Part shown: in pieces, positions 17,024 through 25,966 of the stretch | Numbering within the stretch: the first letter of the stretch is position 1 | How the letters are laid out: every line of letters starts with the position of its first letter | Assembly: GCA_016788635.1 (NCBI GenBank) | Contig: JAEUSU010000007.1 | Location: forward strand, 159,870-223,869 | Source: Flavobacteriales bacterium | Lineage (GTDB): Bacteria > Bacteroidota > Bacteroidia > Flavobacteriales_F > PHOS-HE28 | DNA length: 64,000 bases | Direction: 5' to 3' | Notes under the pieces: model-generated | The model's input: only the letters and a program-made list of their open reading frames with translations | Told to the model about the DNA's origin: nothing | The model's database searches: none | Made by a program: the position numbers and the translations under genes

Positions 17024-18892
17024 ATGGAGACCCCCACCCGGACCAAGGCCGTTCAGGAGCTCAGCAATGTGGTGATCCTCTTCGCTGGCGACAGCGGCGA
17101 CGGCATCCAGCTCACCGGCAGCCAGTTCACGGACACCAGCGCCCTCTTCGGCAACGACGTCAGCACCTTCCCCAATTTCCCCGCGGAGATCCGCGCACCG
17201 CAGGGTACCCTGGCCGGTGTGAGCGGGTTCCAGCTGCACTTCGGCAGTGTGGAGGTGTGGACTCCCGGCGACCAGTGCGACGTGCTGGTGGTGATGAACG
17301 CCGCCGCGCTCAAGGCGAACCTGGGTAAGCTCAGGAATGGAGGCACCATCATCGCCAACAGCGACGGCTTCGATGCGAAGAACCTGCGCCTGGCAGGCTA
17401 CATCGACAAGCAGGACCCGTTGACCGATGGCTCCCTGGCCAACTTCAGCGTGCATGCCGTGGATGTGACCAAGATGACCCGCAATGCCCTTGCGGACACC
17501 GCGCTGGGCATGAAGGAGAAGGACCGCTGCAAGAACATGTTCGTGCTTGGGCTCATCAGCTGGATGTACAGCCACGGCCTGGAAAGCGGTGAGGCCTTTC
17601 TAACCAAGAAGTTCGCCGGCAAGCCTGAGCTGATCGATGCCAACCGCAAGGCATTGCTCGCAGGCTTCCACTACGGCGACACCAGCGAGACCTTCACCAC
17701 CCGCTTCGAGGTGAAGGCCGCGCCCATGCCCAAGGGCAACTACCGCAGCATCACGGGCAACCAGGGTACTGCGCTGGGCCTTATCGCTGCTGCGCAGAAA
17801 GCCGGCCTCGAACTTTTCTACGGCAGCTATCCCATCACCCCTGCCAGCGACATCCTGCACGAACTGGCTCGCCACAAGAATTTCGGGGTGAAGACCTTTC
17901 AGGCGGAGGACGAGATCGCCGCGATCTGTTCGGCCATCGGTGCCAGCTATGGTGGTGCGCTCGGTGTCACCGCCAGCAGTGGTCCGGGCATCGCCTTGAA
18001 GACCGAGGCCATGGGCCTGGCTTTCATGCTGGAGATCCCACTGGTGATCGTGAACGTGCAACGCGGCGGCCCGAGCACCGGCCTGCCCACCAAGACCGAA
18101 CAGGCCGACCTCTTCCAGGCCGTGCATGGCCGCAATGGCGAAGCGCCGATCCCCGTGATCGCCGCCAGCACGCCCATCGATTGTTTCGACATGGCCTTTG
18201 AGGCGGTGCAGATCGCATTGGAGCACATGACGCCCGTGATCCTGCTCACCGATGGCTACATCGCCAACGGCGCCGAGCCCTGGCGCTTCCCGCAGGCGAA
18301 GGACCTGCCGGCGATCAAGCCTCCCTTCGCTGCACCGAAGCAGGATGGTGACGCGGAGAAATTCCTGCCTTACCTGCGCGATGAACGCGGTGTGCGCCCG
18401 TGGGCCGTGCCGGGTATGAAGCGCCTGCAGCACCGCATCGGTGGCATCGAGAAGCAGGACAGGACCGGTGACATCAGTTATGAGCCGCTGAACCATGAGC
18501 TGATGGTGCGGCTGCGCGCGGAGAAAGTGGCGCGCATAGCGGACCGCTTCAAACCCATCCGCCTGGACAGTGGCGCGCCGGAAGGTGAGCTGCTGATCGT
18601 AGGATGGGGTTCCACCTATGGTGCCATCCGCACCGCTGCACTGGAGCTGCAACGTGAGGGACGCAGCGTCTCGCACGTGCACCTGCGCCACCTGTTCCCC
18701 TTCAACAAAGGCCTGGGGCCGCTGCTGAAGAAGTTCAACAAGGTGCTGGTGCCGGAGATGAACACCGGGCAGCTGCGCCAGCTCATCCGCGCCGAGTTCC
18801 TCGTGGATGCCCGGGGCTTGAACAAGGTCCAGGGCCTGCCTTTCACTGCAGCGGAGATCAAAGCCGCCGCCATCGAACTCCTCAAGCCATGA
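17024..18892 (+). CDS. korA: 2-oxoglutarate/2-oxoacid:ferredoxin oxidoreductase subunit alpha
   Basis: The product is about 620 aa with the KorA-type architecture (gamma + alpha domains), including YPITPASDILHEL and GPGIALKTEA. Its stop overlaps korB (ATGA). Confidence 0.85.
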   Translation: METPTRTKAVQELSNVVILFAGDSGDGIQLTGSQFTDTSALFGNDVSTFPNFPAEIRAPQGTLAGVSGFQLHFGSVEVWTPGDQCDVLVVMNAAALKANLGKLRNGGTIIANSDGFDAKNLRLAGYIDKQDPLTDGSLANFSVHAVDVTKMTRNALADTALGMKEKDRCKNMFVLGLISWMYSHGLESGEAFLTKKFAGKPELIDANRKALLAGFHYGDTSETFTTRFEVKAAPMPKGNYRSITGNQGTALGLIAAAQKAGLELFYGSYPITPASDILHELARHKNFGVKTFQAEDEIAAICSAIGASYGGALGVTASSGPGIALKTEAMGLAFMLEIPLVIVNVQRGGPSTGLPTKTEQADLFQAVHGRNGEAPIPVIAASTPIDCFDMAFEAVQIALEHMTPVILLTDGYIANGAEPWRFPQAKDLPAIKPPFAAPKQDGDAEKFLPYLRDERGVRPWAVPGMKRLQHRIGGIEKQDRTGDISYEPLNHELMVRLRAEKVARIADRFKPIRLDSGAPEGELLIVGWGSTYGAIRTAALELQREGRSVSHVHLRHLFPFNKGLGPLLKKFNKVLVPEMNTGQLRQLIRAEFLVDARGLNKVQGLPFTAAEIKAAAIELLKP

Positions 18893-19932
18893 CCACCGCC
18901 AACGAAGTGATCAACGGCAGCAATGCTCCTGAAAAGCTGGATTATGCGTCCGACCAGGAGGTGCGCTGGTGCCCCGGGTGTGGCGATTACAGCATCCTGA
19001 AGCAGGTGGAGACCGTGCTGAAGGAGAAGGGCCGGCCCAAGGAGGAGATCGTCTTCATCAGCGGCATCGGCTGCAGCTCGCGCTTCCCGTATTACCTGGA
19101 CACCTATGGCATGCACAGCATCCACGGCCGTGCGCCGGCCATCGTCAGTGGTCTGCGTGCCGTGCGGCCCGAGCTGAGCGTGTGGATGATCACCGGCGAT
19201 GGGGATTCGCTCAGCATCGGTGGCAACCACCTGATCCACCTGCTGCGCCGCAACGTGGATGTGAACGTGCTGCTCTTCAATAACGAGATCTACGGATTGA
19301 CCAAGGGGCAGTACTCGCCCACCTCGCCGGAAGGTGCGGTGACCAAGAGCACGCCCATGGGCAGCGTGGACCATCCCTTCAATCCGCTCGCCTTGTGCAA
19401 GGGTGCCGATGCCACCTTCATTGCCCGCGCCATGGACCGCGACCCCAAACACCTGCGCGAGGTGCTGCTGGCCGCCGATGCGCACCGCGGCACCAGCCTC
19501 ATCGAGATCTATCAGAACTGCAACGTCTTCAACGACGGTGCCTTCGAGGTCTTCACCGAGAAGGCCAGCAAGCCCTTCCACACGCTCTTCGTGGAGCACG
19601 GCAAGCCGCTCGTTTTCGCCAATGGCACCAAGGGCGTGAAGCTGGATGGCATGAAGCCTGTTGTCGTTGACCTTTCTGACGGCACGACCGCGTTGGATGA
19701 TCTCTGGATCCACGATCAGCATGACGGCTTCAAGGCGCCGATCCTCATGCGCCTATTCGACGACCCGCGCCTGGAAGGCGCGCTGCCGCGTCCCTTCGGG
19801 GTGCTTTACATGCACGAGCGGCACACCGTGGAGAGCAAGATCAACGAACAGGTGGCGCAGGCGGTGGCGAGGAAAGGCAAGGGCGACCTGGACGCCTTGC
19901 TGAGGGGGGAAAGGACCTGGACGATCGGGTGA
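18889..19932 (+). CDS. korB: 2-oxoglutarate/2-oxoacid:ferredoxin oxidoreductase subunit beta
   Basis: It has WCPGCGDYSIL, GIGCSSRFPYY and the TPP-binding ITGDGDSLSIGGNH. Confidence 0.85.
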   Translation: MTTANEVINGSNAPEKLDYASDQEVRWCPGCGDYSILKQVETVLKEKGRPKEEIVFISGIGCSSRFPYYLDTYGMHSIHGRAPAIVSGLRAVRPELSVWMITGDGDSLSIGGNHLIHLLRRNVDVNVLLFNNEIYGLTKGQYSPTSPEGAVTKSTPMGSVDHPFNPLALCKGADATFIARAMDRDPKHLREVLLAADAHRGTSLIEIYQNCNVFNDGAFEVFTEKASKPFHTLFVEHGKPLVFANGTKGVKLDGMKPVVVDLSDGTTALDDLWIHDQHDGFKAPILMRLFDDPRLEGALPRPFGVLYMHERHTVESKINEQVAQAVARKGKGDLDALLRGERTWTIG

Positions 19933-19980
19933 GGGACCGGTCCGCCAGCTTCAAGCCGGTGGGACTTTCATCCGTTCGGT

Positions 19981-22428
19981 TCATTCCTCCCCTACGAAGC
20001 GCACATCAACGGACATTTTCGCGGCTCTTGGACGGCCGTTGGTGATCGCCGGTTCCCACCTGGGCATGTCCCGGACCAGTTGACGCGCGACTTTATCACA
20101 GCTCCAGTGCAGCGGTTTGGCCACCTGTATTTGGGAGATCGAGCCGTCCACGTTCACCCAGAAGTGGACCTCGACCGTTCCCAGAATGAAACGCTCGAAC
20201 GGATCGACCGGGCTGCGTTGTGAAACTGTGAGGTACTTGTCCATGGCCATCTTGCCACCGGGGAAGCGGGCTGGCCTGTCCGTTCTCACCTGCAGGCGCT
20301 CGCGTTCACGCAGCGTGTCGGGCAGGCTTGCACAAGGGAACACCACGGGGAGCAGTGCACGATGCAATGCGGCACGTGCGGCGTTCGACGTGCGGCGCCG
20401 GGCATCCTTAATGGACCACAACTGGTGGCTCGTGAGTTCCAGCATCCGGTCGGCAAGCGCGTTGTCGGCGGCGCTGAACAACCGCCGCAGTTGGTGTTCA
20501 TCGGTTTCATGCATTTCCAGCCTGATGTGGGTGCTGTCCCCGGTCTCACGGCGGTAGGCTGCGAACGGACGATCACCCTGCATGCCCATGCAGAAAAGGT
20601 CGTAACGAAGGGCGGAACTTCTGTTGGAGGTGAAGCGGCCATTGACCCCGTCCATTCGTTGGTAGCTGTTCAAGCCCTGCGGGATCAGGTAGGCCTGCAG
20701 CTCCTCAAAGACCTCCGCGTTCACGACGTTCACCACGACTTCCTTGTATGTGATCACGGCCTTGCGGCCGGTGTTCGGGTCCCGGTATTCCATGGATGAC
20801 CTGTCCGCAGTGGCCTGGAACACGGCCCGGTCCACATTCCACCAACCGGGGTTAGTCACCCGCACTACATAGGCCGTGATCGGGGGCTCACTGGAAGGGC
20901 CGGTCTTGTTGATGCCCAGTTGCCTGCACGCCTCAGCCAGGTTCGCAGCGAATTCCTTCTGGAAGAGTTCTGCCTGCTGGCGCTGTTCGGTCATGCTGTG
21001 CCGGGTGCGTCGCTGGTCGCTCTGCTGGTCGTGACGAACTTGTTCGTCCCAGAAGTGCTGGTGTGTCCTTCTCGCTGCTTCGGCACCGGCCCGGCTCCAT
21101 GCTTCGTAGACCTGTCGCAGACGAACCGCAGCATCCGGCGGCAGGGCCACCTGGCCGACGTTCTGCCTGGCAAAGCCAGAGAAGACAGCATGGCCCATCC
21201 GCGCCACCTGCATGTCCAGCACGCTCAAGTCCGTGTTCAGGTTCTGCACATACAGGTCCAGCACGGCGTTGTCACAGGTGCGGTGGATCTCGCGCATGCG
21301 CTCCTCGAACTCGCGTGTGGCGAGGTTGGTGCCATTGAAGCGTTCGTTCCAGATCGCCCTCACCCGGGCCGGTGAAACGCCACAAGGGATGAAGGGAGCA
21401 CTGCTGTCGGTTGGTGCCCCGGTCGCCAGTTCGCTCCATTGGGCATTGAATGCGTTCACGGACATCCCCACGCCTGCCATGGCCACCGGTGCTGATGATG
21501 GCAACACGCGTGTTCTGGCCCCAAGCGCAGCAGGTCCGCACTCGAACGCCGCATACAAACTATCGGTGTAAGCCTTGTCCGTCGCATCCTTACCCAGCAC
21601 CGCCACCTTCGCCAGGAATCCCGGTGGGTGGAAGTCCAACGTGGTGATGTCCACCGGCACCAAGGTGCGTGGCAGCGGTTTCGGATCGCGCCAATTCACC
21701 ACACCTTCCTCGGTCATCGCGCCTTCGTAGAGCATCATGCGCGGGTCTGCCTGGTCACTTGGCACCATCACCGTCAATGGCTTGAGGGGGTCGATGCCCA
21801 CGCGTTGGCCGTCCACCTGTGCATCGATGTAGAACATGCCGCCGGTCTCAAGGAGTGTATCGCCGCTCATGGTGCTGAGGCCTGCCTTCATGATGTCCAC
21901 GCCATCGATCGCTTCCAGCAGGGTGACACGCACCGGCCTGGCGATCACGCGACCCGCTTCGTCCACGAAAGCGCCTTGCGGGATGTCCAGCACCAGCCCG
22001 TTCGGGGTGAGCAATGTGGTGTCGGCCTTCGGGTCGATCATCATCACCAACGCAGGCAGACCGGTGCCAGTAGTGTCGTTCAAAGGGAGCCGTAGTTCAA
22101 CCTGCACGGAAGCATCACCGGCCCATTCCGCCGAATGGCCGCTTTCCCTGGTCAGCATCCAACCGCCCACGGCAAGGATGACGATCACCGCTGCACCACC
22201 TATGCCCGGTGCCCACTTCCCGAACCTGTAGCTCCGGTAGGCCTTTTCCACTGCGGGGCGTAGCGCAAGGCGTTGCATGCCGCCGAGCAGGGCGCGTTGG
22301 TCCTCCACACGTTCGCGCAGTTCGGTGTGGGTGCGCATGCGCTCCTCGAAGGCGGCGCGTTCAGTGGCGTTCATTTCGCCGCGCAGGTAGCGGTCGGCGA
22401 GTTCCATCAGGTCCAGTTCATCGCGCAT
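19981..22428 (-). CDS. membrane protein with an anti-sigma-like N-terminus and an energy-transducer TonB C-terminal domain
   Basis: The N-terminus (ADRYLRGEMNATERAAFEERM) is followed by one TM helix, a periplasmic region of about 600 aa, and a TonB_C-like end (FPGGKMAMDKYL...TVEVHFWVNVDGSISQIQV). It sits directly downstream of the ECF sigma gene. Confidence 0.65.
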   Translation of the reverse strand: MRDELDLMELADRYLRGEMNATERAAFEERMRTHTELRERVEDQRALLGGMQRLALRPAVEKAYRSYRFGKWAPGIGGAAVIVILAVGGWMLTRESGHSAEWAGDASVQVELRLPLNDTTGTGLPALVMMIDPKADTTLLTPNGLVLDIPQGAFVDEAGRVIARPVRVTLLEAIDGVDIMKAGLSTMSGDTLLETGGMFYIDAQVDGQRVGIDPLKPLTVMVPSDQADPRMMLYEGAMTEEGVVNWRDPKPLPRTLVPVDITTLDFHPPGFLAKVAVLGKDATDKAYTDSLYAAFECGPAALGARTRVLPSSAPVAMAGVGMSVNAFNAQWSELATGAPTDSSAPFIPCGVSPARVRAIWNERFNGTNLATREFEERMREIHRTCDNAVLDLYVQNLNTDLSVLDMQVARMGHAVFSGFARQNVGQVALPPDAAVRLRQVYEAWSRAGAEAARRTHQHFWDEQVRHDQQSDQRRTRHSMTEQRQQAELFQKEFAANLAEACRQLGINKTGPSSEPPITAYVVRVTNPGWWNVDRAVFQATADRSSMEYRDPNTGRKAVITYKEVVVNVVNAEVFEELQAYLIPQGLNSYQRMDGVNGRFTSNRSSALRYDLFCMGMQGDRPFAAYRRETGDSTHIRLEMHETDEHQLRRLFSAADNALADRMLELTSHQLWSIKDARRRTSNAARAALHRALLPVVFPCASLPDTLRERERLQVRTDRPARFPGGKMAMDKYLTVSQRSPVDPFERFILGTVEVHFWVNVDGSISQIQVAKPLHWSCDKVARQLVRDMPRWEPAITNGRPRAAKMSVDVRFVGEE

Positions 22429-22463
22429 TTCAAAGCGCCGAAGCCTCGGCGAAGGTGTTTGGC

Positions 22464-23030
22464 TCAGATGTGTTTGATGGTTGCGATGGATCCCTGCGCG
22501 AGCAAGGAGCGATAGCGCTTACGGGCCTCCTCCAGGCACTTGTACTTCCGTGTCTTGGCGGCGCCCTCGCCCGCCAACCCGATGGCCCTGGCGATGCTGA
22601 GCAGTGGTTCATTCAGCAGATTGAAGCGTTTGAGAAGTTCCAGGCACGTGTCGCCCAAGGCTTGCAACGCGCGCTCGGCCATGGCGAAGCGCTGCTCCTG
22701 CGCAAGCAACGCAGCCAGGTCTTGTGGCTCTTCGGGCAGCGCCTCCAGTTCCTGCGTGAAGCGGCCCCTTCTGCGCAGCTCCTCCTGCCAGCGGTTGCGG
22801 CAGATGGCGTACAGGTAGGTACCAATGGAGCAGGTGAGCGTGAAGGTCTCGTCCTTCACCTTGCCGAGCAGGATGATCAGCGCGTCCTGGAACAGGTCCT
22901 TGGCATCGGCGCGAGTGCCGCCGCGGCTGCATACCATGCGCTCCACCTTGGGCAGGTGGGCGTAGAGCTTCACCAGGGTCTTGTGCGTGTCGCCTGTTCG
23001 CAGTTGGCTGATGATCTCCTTTTCGTTCAT
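22464..23030 (-). CDS. RNA polymerase ECF-type sigma-70 family factor
   Basis: This 188-aa product has region 2 (DAKDLFQDALIILLGKV...YLYAICRNRW) and a region 4 HTH (LSIARAIGLAGEGAAKTRKYKCLEE). Confidence 0.8.
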   Translation of the reverse strand: MNEKEIISQLRTGDTHKTLVKLYAHLPKVERMVCSRGGTRADAKDLFQDALIILLGKVKDETFTLTCSIGTYLYAICRNRWQEELRRRGRFTQELEALPEEPQDLAALLAQEQRFAMAERALQALGDTCLELLKRFNLLNEPLLSIARAIGLAGEGAAKTRKYKCLEEARKRYRSLLAQGSIATIKHI

Positions 23031-23094
23031 TGGGGGGGCGGTACTACACTTGATGGGTGATCAACGGAAAGGTGACCTTACAATGTATCCGGGA

Positions 23095-23868
23095 TCACCT
23101 TGCGGGAACTGGAGCTCTGCGTTGGTCTGGCAAGGTCTTCTTCCATCGTGGCAGAAAGCTGTTGTTGAAGTTGAATTGCAGCCCCAGGCTCACATTGTTC
23201 TCCAGCATGTACAGCTCGCGACCCAGGTTGATGCTGTGCACATACTGGATCTGGAGTTTCACCGCCCGCCCACCTAAGCGCATCAAGAACCCGGGCTCCA
23301 CCATGCCGCGCGCCTTGCCGAAGTAGTGCACCAGGTCGGCGACGCTTTCAGTTATGCCAAGCGGTGAGTAGGTCGGGAACGATGGCAGATCATGGTCCAC
23401 CAGCACGAAGCGGGTGGTGAAGGCGATGTCGAAGTTGCGTGAGGCATACCCGATGGAGGGTTGAGCGAACAGTCGCCACAAATTCAAGGTCTGGGAATCG
23501 TAGTTGGATGCACCACGACCCACCCCGGCATACCACTCCAGGGTCCAGTGCGGGTCCAGCTTGCGGAAGCGCCCGGCGCCCAGCTCCGCGAAACGCCCCG
23601 TGCCGTCGCCATGCCGTGAGGCATAGGATGCCAGGTTCAGCATAAGCCCCCAGTGGTCCGTGATGGCCCCGCTGAATTGCAGCTCCATGCCGGTGACCTC
23701 GGAGTTACCCATGTCCTCCGAACTGTTGCATACCGCCACCCGCACCTCCCCTTTCTCTCGCAGCAGGGGAACCTGGTGCATGTTGGGCATGTAGGCGTAG
23801 TGGGAGCAGGAGCACAGCAGGAGCAGAAAGGGTAACGACCCGGAGGAGAAGGTGAGGTGCGGTTTCAT
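23095..23868 (-). CDS. hypothetical outer-membrane beta-barrel lipoprotein
   Basis: The lipoprotein signal is LLLLCSC. The sequence has an alternating beta-strand pattern and an aromatic-rich C-terminal strand. The start was trimmed to MKPHLTF. Confidence 0.5.
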   Translation of the reverse strand: MKPHLTFSSGSLPFLLLLCSCSHYAYMPNMHQVPLLREKGEVRVAVCNSSEDMGNSEVTGMELQFSGAITDHWGLMLNLASYASRHGDGTGRFAELGAGRFRKLDPHWTLEWYAGVGRGASNYDSQTLNLWRLFAQPSIGYASRNFDIAFTTRFVLVDHDLPSFPTYSPLGITESVADLVHYFGKARGMVEPGFLMRLGGRAVKLQIQYVHSINLGRELYMLENNVSLGLQFNFNNSFLPRWKKTLPDQRRAPVPAR

Positions 23869-24090
23869 GGGTCCAGGGTGTTGTTCACCCCAAAGCAGCC
23901 CTGTTCCAGACCGGGTGTGGTGGCAGTTCGCGACCCGGCCGCAACCGGAACCGCGCGCATTCGCCAATGGGGAATGAGTCCCCCCTGGAGGTGGTCAGTG
24001 ATCGCCGATCCAGTAGCGCCTGGTCCCGATGGCCGCATTTTTCGCCGATCTTTCTTGCTCAATGGATCGATCTTTACCGATCTTCACATC

Positions 24091-25089
24091 ATGGACGCCA
24101 AATCCCTTCAGTTGGCGCTCTTCAAACAGGTGAAGGACCGGCTGCCGGGCCACCTGTCTTTGGCAGAGGAACTGGGCAACATGCTCGGTGTAAGCACGGA
24201 CAGTGCATACCGGCGCATCAGGGGGGAGAAACTGCTCGACATCGGGGAGTTGGAGGTCGTGGCCATGCGCTTCGGGCTATCCGTGGACGCCATCATGGCC
24301 AACCGTGCCGGAGGCTATGTGTTCTCCGGCCGCTTCATCCACGAGGGTGAGTACTCCTTCGAGGAATGGCTGAGCTCCCTTGCCCAGCAGCTGGAGATGA
24401 CCCTGCAAGGGAAGGAGCCGGTCTTCATCTTTCAGGCGAAGGACATCCCGCTCTTCCACCACTTCCAGTTCCCGGAGCTGATGCACTTCAAGTTCAGCTT
24501 CTGGATGCGCACCGTGCTTCATCTCGCGGGCTCGAAGAACCCGAGCCATGAACGCTTCGACCTGGATGATCGGGATGAGCAGTTGATGGCGCTTGGGCGC
24601 AAGGTCTACCTCACGTATGAGCGATTGCCCAGTACGGAGATCTGGAACGCCGAATGCCTGGTGAGCACCCTGCGGCAGATCAACTACTACCGGGAGACCG
24701 GCGCCTTCGTGAAGGAGGATCAGGCCCAACGGCTGTTCGACATGGTGCTGGAGATGCTCGATCACCTGGAGCATCAGGCCGCTGCGGGCGTGAAGTTCTC
24801 CCTGGGCGAATCGCCCGGTTCCGGCAGTGCCTCCTACATGGTGCACGTGAACGAAGTGTTGCTGGGCGACAACGCCATTTACGCCGGCAACGAGCGGCTG
24901 CGCATCGTGTACCTGAACCACACGGGCATCAACTACATCGGCACCACCGATGAGGTGTTCTGCGAGGGCACCTTCAACGCGTTCCAGAACATCATCCAGC
25001 GCAGCACGCTCATCAGCGCCACCGGAGAGAAGGAGCGGAAGCGCTTCTTCAACTACCTGCGTGCCGAAGTGGAGCGCAGGCGGCACTGA
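24091..25089 (+). CDS. helix-turn-helix transcriptional regulator (BetR-like N-terminal HTH)
   Basis: The N-terminal HTH LSLAEELGNMLGVSTDSAYRRIRGEK is followed by about 270 aa of uncharacterised domain. The start was trimmed to MDAKSLQ. Confidence 0.55.
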   Translation: MDAKSLQLALFKQVKDRLPGHLSLAEELGNMLGVSTDSAYRRIRGEKLLDIGELEVVAMRFGLSVDAIMANRAGGYVFSGRFIHEGEYSFEEWLSSLAQQLEMTLQGKEPVFIFQAKDIPLFHHFQFPELMHFKFSFWMRTVLHLAGSKNPSHERFDLDDRDEQLMALGRKVYLTYERLPSTEIWNAECLVSTLRQINYYRETGAFVKEDQAQRLFDMVLEMLDHLEHQAAAGVKFSLGESPGSGSASYMVHVNEVLLGDNAIYAGNERLRIVYLNHTGINYIGTTDEVFCEGTFNAFQNIIQRSTLISATGEKERKRFFNYLRAEVERRRH

Positions 25090-25142
25090 GCATTCCCTTC
25101 GCGCATGCGGTGTATTCAGCGACCGCTGTGCAACTTGCGCCC

Positions 25143-25958
25143 ATGCCCAGCATCTTTCACCCCACCGACCTGACCGGCGACCGCGAGCAGGCCTTCCTGA
25201 TCGCCCTGCGCCTGGCCGTTTCCGCACATGCCGTGCTCACCGTGATGCACGTGGCGGACAATGAGGAGGACGCCGACATGGGCGAGCTCCCCGGCGTGCG
25301 CAGCACACTGGCCCGCTGGGGCCTCATCGCCCATGCCGAGGACATGGAAGGATTCGGCGCCCTGCGCATGGGGGTGCGGAAGGTGGTGCGTGAAGGGCGC
25401 CGCCCGGTCCAAGCCTGCCTCGATCACCTGGACCGTCATCCCGCGGACCTCATCGTGCTTTCCACGAACCAGGGCCAGGGGCTGCTGAAGCGCAAGGTGG
25501 CCGAGCCGCTGAGCCGCAGCGCGGGCGCGCCCACCCTCTTCGTGCCCAAGGACGCCAGCGGACTGGTGGACCCTCGCACCGGCGAGGTGCGCATGCGGAA
25601 GCTCCTTGTGCCGGTGGACCGCAAGCCCGATCCGCGCCGCGCGGTGGAGGCGGCCATGCGCCTGGCCGAGGTGCTGGGCCTGAGCGGCGCGCATTTCACT
25701 CTGCTGCATGTGGGGTCCGCATCCGACGCGCCACGCATCGATGTGAACATGCGCGACGGATGGACCTTTGACCGCATGGAGCGCGAAGGTGATGTGGTGG
25801 GCACCATCGTGCGGACCGCCCGCGAGATCGATGCCGATGCCGTGGTGATGACCACCGATGGCCGCGATGGCTTCCTGGACGCCTTGCGCGGCAGCACCAC
25901 CGAACGCGTGCTGCGCGAAGTGCACTGCCCGGTGCTTGCCGTGCCTGCGGAAGGGTGA
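25143..25958 (+). CDS. universal stress protein, tandem USP domains
   Basis: It contains two USP-like halves, each ending in a VL..A.CPVL-type motif (VLREVHCPVLAVP). Confidence 0.7.
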   Translation: MPSIFHPTDLTGDREQAFLIALRLAVSAHAVLTVMHVADNEEDADMGELPGVRSTLARWGLIAHAEDMEGFGALRMGVRKVVREGRRPVQACLDHLDRHPADLIVLSTNQGQGLLKRKVAEPLSRSAGAPTLFVPKDASGLVDPRTGEVRMRKLLVPVDRKPDPRRAVEAAMRLAEVLGLSGAHFTLLHVGSASDAPRIDVNMRDGWTFDRMEREGDVVGTIVRTAREIDADAVVMTTDGRDGFLDALRGSTTERVLREVHCPVLAVPAEG

Positions 25959-25966
25959 CCGCCCGC

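Noticed and set aside
19933-19980. A GGACCGGTCC palindrome between korB and the convergent anti-sigma gene could be a terminator.
   Set aside because: It gives only a 5-bp stem with no loop and has no U-tract on either strand.
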